IMG/VR virus record: IMGVR_UViG_3300046820_001896
Reading direction: 5' to 3' (one strand)
Length of the DNA stretch: 64,000 nucleotides
Source of the DNA: a virus
Lineage: Duplodnaviria > Heunggongvirae > Uroviricota > Caudoviricetes
The notes beneath the pieces are model-generated. The model saw only the letters and a list, made by a program, of their open reading frames with translations. It was not told where the DNA came from and ran no database searches. This document shows, in pieces, positions 35,205-44,409 of the stretch (position 1 is the first letter of the stretch; the number at the start of each line of letters is the position of its first letter). Position numbers and translations under genes: made by a program.

Positions 35205-35205
35205 A

Positions 35206-35922
35206 ATGTCAGTGTATTTCCAAGGTTTTCCTACAATTCAATATGACGTCGATGATGATAGACACTTCATCGAAGTCACTGATATTTTTAGAACTGTTAG
35301 ACCAAAGCAATCATTAAAAGATGATCTGTTATTGTATAGCAAATATACAATTAAAGACGGAGAACGTCCAGATCATGTTTCGCAAAAGCTTTATGGTTCT
35401 ATTGATTATTATTGGACATTCTTTATGGTTAACGAGAAGTTAGTTAACTACCACACAGATTGGCCATTATCACGTCAAGAATTAGAAGATCATATTGCAT
35501 TGAAATATGATGGATATGCACTAACAGTTGATAGCGACATATCTACTTTATTCACTAAAAATGAAACAATCCAAGGTTTAGTATCTGGTGCAACTGCAAC
35601 AATAACTCAAAAAGATTGCAATACAGATACTATTCGAATACTTAATGTAGTTGGTCAATTTAGAGCTAATGAATTAATTAGAGGATTGACAAGCAACGAT
35701 ACAGTTCAAATTACGGGTCAAATTCCATTCTATGATGCAACTCATCATTATGAAGGACCGAATTCTACAATTACAGATAAAGCTCATGGAATTCCAATAA
35801 CAAATTCAGAATACGAATTCAACTTGAATGAAGAAAAAACTGAAATTAAAGTTATTCGACCACAATACATAATGCGTGTATCTGAGCAATTCTTCCAACA
35901 AATTAATCCGACAGCAGAATAA
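35206..35922 (+). CDS. hypothetical structural protein
   Basis: ATG follows 1 nt after the upstream stop. The listed ORF 35119 is an upstream extension. Confidence 0.45.
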   Translation: MSVYFQGFPTIQYDVDDDRHFIEVTDIFRTVRPKQSLKDDLLLYSKYTIKDGERPDHVSQKLYGSIDYYWTFFMVNEKLVNYHTDWPLSRQELEDHIALKYDGYALTVDSDISTLFTKNETIQGLVSGATATITQKDCNTDTIRILNVVGQFRANELIRGLTSNDTVQITGQIPFYDATHHYEGPNSTITDKAHGIPITNSEYEFNLNEEKTEIKVIRPQYIMRVSEQFFQQINPTAE

Positions 35923-37181
35923 TGGCAGCATTAGGTAAATTAGACTATTCGATAGATGAAGCAACACTGACTTCGTCTACTGGTGAAGTATTCAAATTTA
36001 AAGATTTGATTAGTGGTATAGACATATATGAATCATTATTATCTCCATATATTAAAGTGGATTTAACAATTGGTGATGCCGCAAACTTATTTGAAACTGC
36101 TCCAATTATTGGACAAGAAAAAGTTGAATTGACTATCACTGAAGGTCCACATAAAATTACTAGAACATTTTATGTTGCTGGTATGTCAAACTTTATCAAA
36201 GGCAATAATCAAGCCACAATGTATGTGTTGAAATTGATTACGCCTGAACAAATGATGAATAGTTTGTTATTGGTTTCGCAATCATTTAGCGGTACTATCG
36301 ATCAATCTATCGAACAAATTGTAAAAGATTATTTAAAAAGTAAAATTGCCAATAAAGAACAATCTGCTGGTAATTACAGCGTTGTCATTCCAAATTGGAA
36401 TCCATTTCAAGCTATCGATTGGTTAGCTCGTAGAGCAATGACTGCAAAGAAAATGCCATTTGCTTTTTATGAAACATGGAAAGATGGTTTTCAGTTTGAA
36501 TCATATGAATCTATGTTCAAAAAGAAAGTGTACAATAAATTTGTTCATAAAGGTGGTACAACTGCAGAGAGTGATGCTGAAAACCAAGCTGCATCATATA
36601 ACGTTGCATTTGAATATGATTTAGCAGACTATGCTAATACGCATAAAAATACATTACGTGGAACGTTTGGTTCTGGTATGTGGGTAATTGATATTGCAAC
36701 TAAGACATATAAGTTTGTTCAATATAATTATGAAAAAGATTTTGATAAAAAAGATCATTTAGATAAAAAAGCTTTCGTTAACCCAGATTTTAAAGTAAAT
36801 GGTAAAAAAATATCTGAATACGATTCTATTCATCATGTAGTTAATAAAAATACAAAAGCATTTGGTGAAAAAGCTACTAATAATTATAACAATGAAGCAG
36901 AATACACAAAACTTGAAGGCGATCCATTCATTTATCAACTAACATTAAACAAAATGAACTTAGCTGTTCGTGGAAGATGTGATTTAAGCCCAGGTAAGAT
37001 TATTGATTTTGCTGTAGATAGAGCTAAACCTTCTGTATATGGTAATACTAAAGATGAGAACGAATATATTTCTGGCAAGTATCTTGTATTAAATACTCAC
37101 CACAAATTAGCATCTGGTAAATTTGTAACTATTTTTGATGCTGTTCGTGATTCTCTTGGTAAGAAAGTGAAAAAAGCATAA
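35922..37181 (+). CDS. baseplate hub protein (gp27-like)
   Basis: Immediately upstream of, and translationally coupled to, the gp5-like spike gene. Confidence 0.45.
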   Translation: MAALGKLDYSIDEATLTSSTGEVFKFKDLISGIDIYESLLSPYIKVDLTIGDAANLFETAPIIGQEKVELTITEGPHKITRTFYVAGMSNFIKGNNQATMYVLKLITPEQMMNSLLLVSQSFSGTIDQSIEQIVKDYLKSKIANKEQSAGNYSVVIPNWNPFQAIDWLARRAMTAKKMPFAFYETWKDGFQFESYESMFKKKVYNKFVHKGGTTAESDAENQAASYNVAFEYDLADYANTHKNTLRGTFGSGMWVIDIATKTYKFVQYNYEKDFDKKDHLDKKAFVNPDFKVNGKKISEYDSIHHVVNKNTKAFGEKATNNYNNEAEYTKLEGDPFIYQLTLNKMNLAVRGRCDLSPGKIIDFAVDRAKPSVYGNTKDENEYISGKYLVLNTHHKLASGKFVTIFDAVRDSLGKKVKKA

Positions 37182-38422
37182 TGAAAAACTATATGAATTG
37201 GTGGACTGGTGTTGTAGAAGATCGCGCAGATCCACAAGAATTGGGTCGTGTGCGTGTTCGTATTTTTGGACATCATACCGATGATATTGATAAAATTAAA
37301 TTAGGTGATTTGCCATGGGCTCATGTGATGATGCCTACTACATCTGCATCTATTTCAGGTTTAGGTTGGTCACCGACAGGTTTAGTTGAAGGTTCATGGG
37401 TTGTTGGTTTCTTCGCTGACGGAGAAAATTGCCAAGATCCTATTGTGTTAGGTTCTATTCATGGATATCCAACTCAACCAGGTGAAGAGAAAAAAGCTTT
37501 TAAGGATTACACAGGTGCATATCCTCGTTGGTTAAATGACACCGATGTATCATATACTGCGCGTGGAAAATGGAAAGAACACCAATCGTATTTTGCAAGA
37601 TATGGTGAAATGGTTAAAGGCATTGAGCAATCAACAAAGCCCACATTAAAAACTGTTGATGCTGATGCAACTGATGAAGCACGTCAAACTTGGGATGAAC
37701 CAGAACCAAGACGTGGAGTTCCAGGAGCATATCCGTTTATTCATACTTACGAATCTGAATCTGGAATTGTCAGAGAAATAGATGATACTAATGCTGCTTC
37801 GCGTATTACTGAATATCATCCAGCTGGCACATTTTATGAAATTTTACCAGATGGCGATAAAGTAACTAAAGTTTCAGGTGATAATTATGAAATTATTATT
37901 GCATCTGATAATATTTTAGTTCGTGGCACTAGAACAACTACTATTGAAGGTGATTGTCGTCATCTTGTAAAAGGTGATTACATCGTCGAAGTAATGGGCG
38001 ATTATAATTTAAAAGTGCATGGTAATAGAAATACTAAAGTTACTTTAAATGATAATATGGAAGTAGTAGGTAATTATAACTTAAACGTTGCTGAAGATTT
38101 TTTAACACGTGTTGGTAAAAACCAAACATTATTAATTGACGTTGATAAAACTGAAAGTATTGGTGGAAAATCTACATTAACTGTAACTGGTACAGTTGAT
38201 TTGGTGCTTTTAGATACGTATAGTATGTTCTCTAATGGAGCACAACAAATATCAACAAATTCTACACAACAATTTTTATCAAAAGATGGATTAAATATTG
38301 GATCTGAAGCTGCAACAGTTGTTAAGTGTAATTCAAATATGACTTATGAAGTTTCTGGAACATTCAATATTAATGCTGGTCCAACATTCCAAGTTTTAGC
38401 AGATAAGATAGAGTTGAACTAA
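37181..38422 (+). CDS. baseplate central spike (T4 gp5-like OB-fold N-terminus plus beta-helix, no lysozyme domain)
   Basis: WWTGVVEDRADPQELGRVRVRIFG ... DLPWAHVMMPTTSASISGLG ... GLVEGSWVVGFF matches T4 gp5 NWFVGVVED...GRVRVRVHG...DLPWMSV..P.TSAAMSGIG. The C-terminus carries VxGxxxxxV repeats. Confidence 0.85.
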   Translation: MKNYMNWWTGVVEDRADPQELGRVRVRIFGHHTDDIDKIKLGDLPWAHVMMPTTSASISGLGWSPTGLVEGSWVVGFFADGENCQDPIVLGSIHGYPTQPGEEKKAFKDYTGAYPRWLNDTDVSYTARGKWKEHQSYFARYGEMVKGIEQSTKPTLKTVDADATDEARQTWDEPEPRRGVPGAYPFIHTYESESGIVREIDDTNAASRITEYHPAGTFYEILPDGDKVTKVSGDNYEIIIASDNILVRGTRTTTIEGDCRHLVKGDYIVEVMGDYNLKVHGNRNTKVTLNDNMEVVGNYNLNVAEDFLTRVGKNQTLLIDVDKTESIGGKSTLTVTGTVDLVLLDTYSMFSNGAQQISTNSTQQFLSKDGLNIGSEAATVVKCNSNMTYEVSGTFNINAGPTFQVLADKIELN

Positions 38423-38423
38423 T

Positions 38424-39713
38424 ATGACAAATAAAGTTTGTGGTGTAAATGCCGCTTTAGATGAAGCAAAAGCAGGAATTAATTCTTTAAAAGATAAAAT
38501 TTCTGGTGGATTAGACTCGATTGGAGATTTAGGTGGTTTAGCAACTACTATTAAAAATAAACTTGCTGAGGTAAATGTACCTCAACTTCCAACAATAAAT
38601 CTTCAAGCAGAATTAGCTAATTTACCTAAATTAACTCCTGAAGAATATGCAGCCAAAGTAGCTGAATTAAAAAAAGCTTTTGGAGATGCAGTTCCAAATT
38701 TAGATAATATTATTTCTAAAATTCCTAAACCAGCAGGCGTGGATGGAGTTGGCCAAAAAGATATTTTTGCAGATTTAAAAGCTTTAGCTGGTGATGTTGG
38801 TGCTGCTGTTAGAAAGGCACAAGAAGAACTCGCAAACTTAAGCATTGATTCTGTTGTTGCTGATGTATGTAAAGAAGTACCAAACGTAGAAGTAGTTACT
38901 ACTACTGAAACTGTTAAAATTGCTGATCCAAAAACTGGTAAAGAAACTAAAGTTGAAGTTCCTGTAACATCTCCACCAGTTGAAAAAGCAAAACCACCTA
39001 CAACACCAAAAGAAAATCCTAAAAAAGAAATACCACCTTCAGAACCTCCTGCAAAAGGTTTTACTTTTAATTTTACAAGAGAAAAATTAATTGCTGCAGG
39101 TGGAAAAGAAGCAGGACCATGGTATGATGCTATGGTAGAAATGTTGCCAAAATATAACATCACAACTCCTGAAAGAGTTGCCGCATTTATTGGTAACGTA
39201 AGAGCTGAATCTACATGGACTAAGTTGTCTGAAAATTTAAATTATGGAGCTAAGTACTTATTTGAAAGATTAAATCCTGGACGTATTCGTTTTCCAACTT
39301 ATGAGGATGCTGTTAAAGTAGAAAGAAAACCAGAACCTATTGCTAACATAATTTATATGGTTGGTCGTAAATTGCTAGATCCACAACCAGGTGATGGTTG
39401 GAAATTTAGAGGGCGTGGATTGATTGGTTTAACCTTTAAAGATGAATATTTAAGAGCTTCTAAAGCAATCTATAATGATGATAGATTGGTACAAAATCCA
39501 GATTTAGTTGCAACTGATAGAACTACAGCAATCTTAACTGCATGTTATTTCTTTAAACGCAATAATATGAATCCATGGGCAGATAAACAAGATTGGGGAA
39601 ATTGTAGAAGTATCGTTAATGCTGGTTCTCCTGGTAAAGATCCTAAAATTATTCACGGATATGAGTCTGGAGTAAAATTTCAACAAGATGCATATAACGT
39701 TCTGAAAGGTTAA
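38424..39713 (+). CDS. baseplate-associated peptidoglycan hydrolase: helical N-terminus, Pro/Lys linker, C-terminal GH19-like lysozyme domain
   Basis: AAFIGNVRAESTW ... NLNYGA ... GRGLIGLT ... ACYFF pattern parallels the endolysin at 8104. Confidence 0.65.
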   Translation: MTNKVCGVNAALDEAKAGINSLKDKISGGLDSIGDLGGLATTIKNKLAEVNVPQLPTINLQAELANLPKLTPEEYAAKVAELKKAFGDAVPNLDNIISKIPKPAGVDGVGQKDIFADLKALAGDVGAAVRKAQEELANLSIDSVVADVCKEVPNVEVVTTTETVKIADPKTGKETKVEVPVTSPPVEKAKPPTTPKENPKKEIPPSEPPAKGFTFNFTREKLIAAGGKEAGPWYDAMVEMLPKYNITTPERVAAFIGNVRAESTWTKLSENLNYGAKYLFERLNPGRIRFPTYEDAVKVERKPEPIANIIYMVGRKLLDPQPGDGWKFRGRGLIGLTFKDEYLRASKAIYNDDRLVQNPDLVATDRTTAILTACYFFKRNNMNPWADKQDWGNCRSIVNAGSPGKDPKIIHGYESGVKFQQDAYNVLKG

Positions 39714-39724
39714 TAAATAGGATC

Positions 39725-40162
39725 ATGCGTACACAACATCCATCAGATTTATTAACACCAAAAGCTTCTATCGTAGCAAAAAGTTATGTTCACACTGATT
39801 TAGATTTGACTTTTACACCAAATCCAGTCACTGGCGATATTAATGCTATTAAAGATATTGAAGCTATTAAGCGTTCTGTTAAAAACTTAATCTTAACTAA
39901 CTTCCAAGAGCGTCCATTTCAACCTGAAATAGGTTCTGGAGTGCGTGGATTGCTATTTGAATTAGCAGATCCAATTACGATGCATGATATTAAGCAAGCA
40001 ATTGCTCGTACTATTAAAAACTTTGAACCAAGAGTTAACTTGATTGATGTATCGGTAAACGATGATTTTGATAATAATTCATATAATGTCGACATAACAT
40101 TTCAAATTATTGCTAATGAATTAATTGGCAATGCAACAATCATACTAGAGAGATTACGATAA
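39725..40162 (+). CDS. gp25-like baseplate wedge protein (GPW/gp25 family)
   Basis: ERPFQPEIGSGVRGLLFE motif. Confidence 0.75.
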   Translation: MRTQHPSDLLTPKASIVAKSYVHTDLDLTFTPNPVTGDINAIKDIEAIKRSVKNLILTNFQERPFQPEIGSGVRGLLFELADPITMHDIKQAIARTIKNFEPRVNLIDVSVNDDFDNNSYNVDITFQIIANELIGNATIILERLR

Positions 40163-42090
40163 TGGCATCTAACCTAAGAGTTACTGAGTTAGATTTTTTC
40201 CAAATTAGAGAAAACTTCAAAACTTATCTAAAAGCTCAACAAGATAAAGGTAAATTCACCGACTATGACTTCGACGGGTCAGGTATGTCTGTGCTTTTAG
40301 ATATTTTAGCATATAATACTCACTACAATGCGGTGAATGCTAATATGGCACTTAATGAAGTGTTCTTAGATACTGCAGAACGTCGCAATAACGTTGTTTC
40401 TCTAGCTAAAATGATTAGTTATGTACCTCGTTCTGTTACAGCACCATTTTCATCAGTTGATATTGTAGTAAATTCTCCAACTGGTGCACCGGTATCATTA
40501 ACGTTAGATCGTGGTACAGTTTTTAATACTACTATTGATGATCAACAATATACGTTTGTTAATTTAGAAGGCATCACAATTACACCACAAGACGAAGTTA
40601 TTACCACAATTAGTGGTCAACAAACTTTGACTACTACGAACTATAACGTTTATCGTTTCCCAGAAGTAAAATTATACGAAGGCACTTTAACTAATATTGA
40701 ATATACTGTTGATTCATTTGATGAAGGATTCTATTTCCAAATTCCAGATGAAAAAGCTGATATCACAACTTTAGTAGTTAAAGTAAAAGCAAATTCTGCT
40801 TCAACAAGACAAGAAGTGTTTACACTGGCAACAGATTTTACTACTATTCGTGAAGACACAGCAGCATATTTCTTACAAGAAGGTCTTGATGGAAAATTTG
40901 AAGTATATTTTGGCGATGGTGTTACTGGTAAAGCATTAGAAGGCGGTAACGTAGTAACTTTAGAATGGTTAAGCACTAATGGTATTGCTGCAAATGGTGC
41001 TTCGGTATTCGTTTTAGCTGATACGATTTCAGGCAATTCAGATGTTGATGTTGCAACAATTAATAAAGCAACTGGCGGTGCTGAAAGAGAAGATCTAGCA
41101 TCTATCAAATTTAATGCTCCTTTATCATATTTGGCACAAAATAGAGTTGTTACAGCTGAAGACTATAAGTCAATGGTTGCTAATAACTATGGTGATGTTG
41201 AAACAGTAACTGTTTGGGGTGGTGAAGAGAATGATCCACCACAATATGGTAAAGCATATATCTGTATCAAACCTAAAACAGCGGCTGCGTTAAATGATGT
41301 TGAGAAAAAATTCATTATTGATAATATTTTAAGAACAAAAAATGTGGTTTCTATCACTCCAGTATTAGTAGATCCGCAATATACGTATTTGTTTTTCAAT
41401 GTTAATTTTAAATATAATCCAAACTTAACAGATTCGACTTCTGGACAATTAAAAACGATCGTAAATGACGTAATTGTCAATTATAATAACACAGATTTGA
41501 AAAAATTCGATGGAGTTTTCCGTCATTCTAAGATGACTCGTTTAATTGACTCGTCCGACGCTGGTATTTTAAGTTCTTCTGTGCGAGTATTCATGCAAAA
41601 GCGCTTACAACCTACTTTGGACGTGAAAAAACGCTATGAAATGCAATTTTCAGCTCCAATTGTGGGCGCAAGAAGCAATCCAAATGAACCTATCTTAAAA
41701 TCTAGCGGTTTTACACACAATGGAGTAACACAATACATCGAAGATCGTGTTTTATTAGCGGGAGAAGTAAATTCTCATGCTGATGAGAATGCAACGCATG
41801 TTTTACAAATGTATCGTATAGTAAACAACCAAAAAGTCATTTCAAACTCAGATGTTGGTTATATTAACGCTGATACAGGTTTAGTTGTATTAACTGGATT
41901 ACAGATTTCAGCTGTGCCAAACACATTTGTTAATTTTACAGCTATCCCAGCTTCTGATGATATTGCTCCTAAGCGTGAACAATTATTAGAAATTGATATT
42001 GCTCTTTGTACTGTAACTCCTACAATTGATACTATCGCAGTTGGTAGTTCAAATGCTGGTATCGGTTATACAACTACTAAGCGTAACTAA
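40162..42090 (+). CDS. gp6-like baseplate wedge protein (Baseplate_J family)
   Basis: 642 aa. N-terminal LRVTELDFFQIRENFKTYL ... SVLLDILAYNTHY resembles the J-like fold. Confidence 0.7.
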   Translation: MASNLRVTELDFFQIRENFKTYLKAQQDKGKFTDYDFDGSGMSVLLDILAYNTHYNAVNANMALNEVFLDTAERRNNVVSLAKMISYVPRSVTAPFSSVDIVVNSPTGAPVSLTLDRGTVFNTTIDDQQYTFVNLEGITITPQDEVITTISGQQTLTTTNYNVYRFPEVKLYEGTLTNIEYTVDSFDEGFYFQIPDEKADITTLVVKVKANSASTRQEVFTLATDFTTIREDTAAYFLQEGLDGKFEVYFGDGVTGKALEGGNVVTLEWLSTNGIAANGASVFVLADTISGNSDVDVATINKATGGAEREDLASIKFNAPLSYLAQNRVVTAEDYKSMVANNYGDVETVTVWGGEENDPPQYGKAYICIKPKTAAALNDVEKKFIIDNILRTKNVVSITPVLVDPQYTYLFFNVNFKYNPNLTDSTSGQLKTIVNDVIVNYNNTDLKKFDGVFRHSKMTRLIDSSDAGILSSSVRVFMQKRLQPTLDVKKRYEMQFSAPIVGARSNPNEPILKSSGFTHNGVTQYIEDRVLLAGEVNSHADENATHVLQMYRIVNNQKVISNSDVGYINADTGLVVLTGLQISAVPNTFVNFTAIPASDDIAPKREQLLEIDIALCTVTPTIDTIAVGSSNAGIGYTTTKRN

Positions 42091-42104
42091 TAAAGGTAAG
42101 AAGT

Positions 42105-43028
42105 ATGGCTGACGTCACTAAAAGAATAAGTCCATCGAATCCAAAGTTTTATTCTTTGGATTCAATTTTACCTGAGCACTTAAAAGAAAATACAAAATTT
42201 ACACAATTTTTACAAGAGTATTTTAATTGGATGCAACTTGATGAGACTTCACCGGTCTCAGTCATCAATACACTTGATAAATTTCGTGATGCAGATTTAA
42301 TTAATGAAAATTTTCTAAAGTATTTAGAGCGTGAACTTGCAATTTCTATTCCTGGTAATTTACCAAATACTGACAAGCGAAAACTTTATAAACAAGTAAA
42401 CGACATCTATCGAGCTAAAGGTTCAATTCCTTCGTTCGAAGCATTGTTCAATTTGTTATACGGCGATGATATTGAACTATATTATCCTCGTATTGACCTG
42501 ATGAAGTTATCTGATGGTAATTGGAGCGAAGATGAAAATCGTTATTTGAATAAAGGTAGCTTTTTATCTGATTATAACTACATTCAAGACAGTTATTACT
42601 ATCAAGATTATTCATATGTTATTAAAACAAGAAAACCATATGAACAATGGCAAGCTGCAGTTAGAAAAATGCTACATCCTTCTGGATTTGCATTATTTGG
42701 TAGAGTAACTATTGTAAGTCAAGCCACTGTTAAAAGATTGAAGTCACCAAAACTTCAACCTGGAAGTAGATTTACAAGTTATGACAGAGTAATTCCAATC
42801 AGATTAGCTGTTGTAAAAGCAACTACTACTGTTGTTGAGATAGATTCATTCTTAGAAACGACATACTTTTCAGTTGGTGCAAAATTTGGGCCATCTTTCA
42901 GTTTATTAGACAAAATTAAGTTTATCATCGATCAACCAATCAATGCTTATATGCAATTTACATTGAAGGATGCTAGAGATGGTAATGGATTCAACGTATT
43001 ACCAGGTTCTGTAATAACGGTATCCTGA
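42105..43028 (+). CDS. baseplate wedge protein (P2 gpI-like)
   Basis: It follows the J-like gene, and KGSIPSFEALFNLLYG resembles the tail protein I motif. Confidence 0.4.
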   Translation: MADVTKRISPSNPKFYSLDSILPEHLKENTKFTQFLQEYFNWMQLDETSPVSVINTLDKFRDADLINENFLKYLERELAISIPGNLPNTDKRKLYKQVNDIYRAKGSIPSFEALFNLLYGDDIELYYPRIDLMKLSDGNWSEDENRYLNKGSFLSDYNYIQDSYYYQDYSYVIKTRKPYEQWQAAVRKMLHPSGFALFGRVTIVSQATVKRLKSPKLQPGSRFTSYDRVIPIRLAVVKATTTVVEIDSFLETTYFSVGAKFGPSFSLLDKIKFIIDQPINAYMQFTLKDARDGNGFNVLPGSVITVS

Positions 43029-43031
43029 GCA

Positions 43032-43039
43032 TATAAATA
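43032..43039 (+). promoter_or_regulatory. T4-type late promoter motif TATAAATA
   Basis: Exact motif lying 27 nt upstream of ATG 43066. Confidence 0.45.
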
Positions 43040-43065
43040 GTTAAAGTACATAATAAGGACATAAA

Positions 43066-44394
43066 ATGTCAGCAATCATCACTACAAAATTTCGTTATCA
43101 AACTGCCGTAAATCTCATCAACGCGATGGGTGGCAATGGTTCTCAAGCCGACGACAAATATTACTTATTCATTGGTCGCACAGAAGAATGGCAAGATGAC
43201 GATAATCCTCCATTACCTGAAGACAGCGTAAGTCAAGAAAATGACGCACGCTTTAATATGCTTTCGCTAAAGCTTATTACTGCACCTAAGATTAGTCACG
43301 TTATTCCACGTTACAACTGGACTTCTGGTCAAACATACACAGAATTTGATGATCAAGATGAAGCTTTAACTACTAAACGTTTCTATGTTTACACTGAAGA
43401 TGATTTAAGCGTTTATAAGTGTATTAAAGCTGGTGCTGGTGCATCAGTTGTCAAACCTAGTGGAACAGATTTAACTATTGGTAATGTATTGTCTGATGGA
43501 TATCAATGGAAATATATGTTCACGTTGACTGGTTCAGCGATTGGAACATTTACTACTTCTCAGTTTATCCCTGTTAAAACTCTTGCTACAGACGATCTAA
43601 CTTATCAATGGGATGTACAACAAGCAGCTATTCCTGGTGCTATTTGGAGAATCAAAGTTACTAATGGCGGTACAGGTTATCAATCAAAGCCAACTGTAAC
43701 AATTGAAGGTAACGGTACAGGTTGTGTTGTACAAGCTGATGACATCACGCTAACTGGTGGTGTTATTACACAAATTTTAGTAAAAGCTGCGAATGTTGGT
43801 CAAGATTATTCACAAGCAAAAGTTGTATTCACAGGCGGTGGTCCAACTTCAACAGCTTCAGCACGTGCAATCATTACACCTAATGGTGGTCATGGTTCAG
43901 ATCCTATCCAAGAACTTGGCGGATATTATGCTATGATTACATCTACTTTAGCTGGTGATGAAGGTACAGGAGACTTTATTATTGATAATGGTTTCCGTCA
44001 AATTGGCATCTTGCGCAATCCTATAGATACTGCTACAGATGAAATTGGCGAAGCTACTACTTACTTAGCATGTACAAAGTTAGAATACTCTAATTTAGTT
44101 GGTGGTACATTTGCAGTAGGTGATACTGTGATTGGTGCAACATCTGGAGCAGAAGCAATTATTGATTCAGTTGGTACTGGATTTATTTTAGTACACCAGA
44201 ATATTGGTACAGGATTTACTGCATTTACTGCAACAGAATCTATTGAAGTTGGTTCAGTAAGCGCAACGTTAGACACAATTACAGAACCAGAAATCGATTT
44301 AAATAGCGGTGAAGTATTGTATATTGAAAACATTTCTCCTGTTACTCGTAACGAAAACCAAACAGAAGATATTAAATTAGTTTTAGAGCTATAA
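43066..44394 (+). CDS. tail/baseplate structural protein
   Basis: RBS taaggacataaa. The central portion is beta-rich and Gly/Thr-rich. Confidence 0.5.
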   Translation: MSAIITTKFRYQTAVNLINAMGGNGSQADDKYYLFIGRTEEWQDDDNPPLPEDSVSQENDARFNMLSLKLITAPKISHVIPRYNWTSGQTYTEFDDQDEALTTKRFYVYTEDDLSVYKCIKAGAGASVVKPSGTDLTIGNVLSDGYQWKYMFTLTGSAIGTFTTSQFIPVKTLATDDLTYQWDVQQAAIPGAIWRIKVTNGGTGYQSKPTVTIEGNGTGCVVQADDITLTGGVITQILVKAANVGQDYSQAKVVFTGGGPTSTASARAIITPNGGHGSDPIQELGGYYAMITSTLAGDEGTGDFIIDNGFRQIGILRNPIDTATDEIGEATTYLACTKLEYSNLVGGTFAVGDTVIGATSGAEAIIDSVGTGFILVHQNIGTGFTAFTATESIEVGSVSATLDTITEPEIDLNSGEVLYIENISPVTRNENQTEDIKLVLEL

Positions 44395-44409
44395 CACAAA
44401 GGCAAAAAC

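Noticed and set aside
34305-35922. possible programmed frameshift joining 34305-35204 to the overlapping upstream extension of ORF 35119
   Set aside because: No slippery heptamer could be identified at the overlap. The downstream gene has its own ATG right after the stop.
38603-39163. minus ORF
   Set aside because: It lies inside the baseplate lysin gene.
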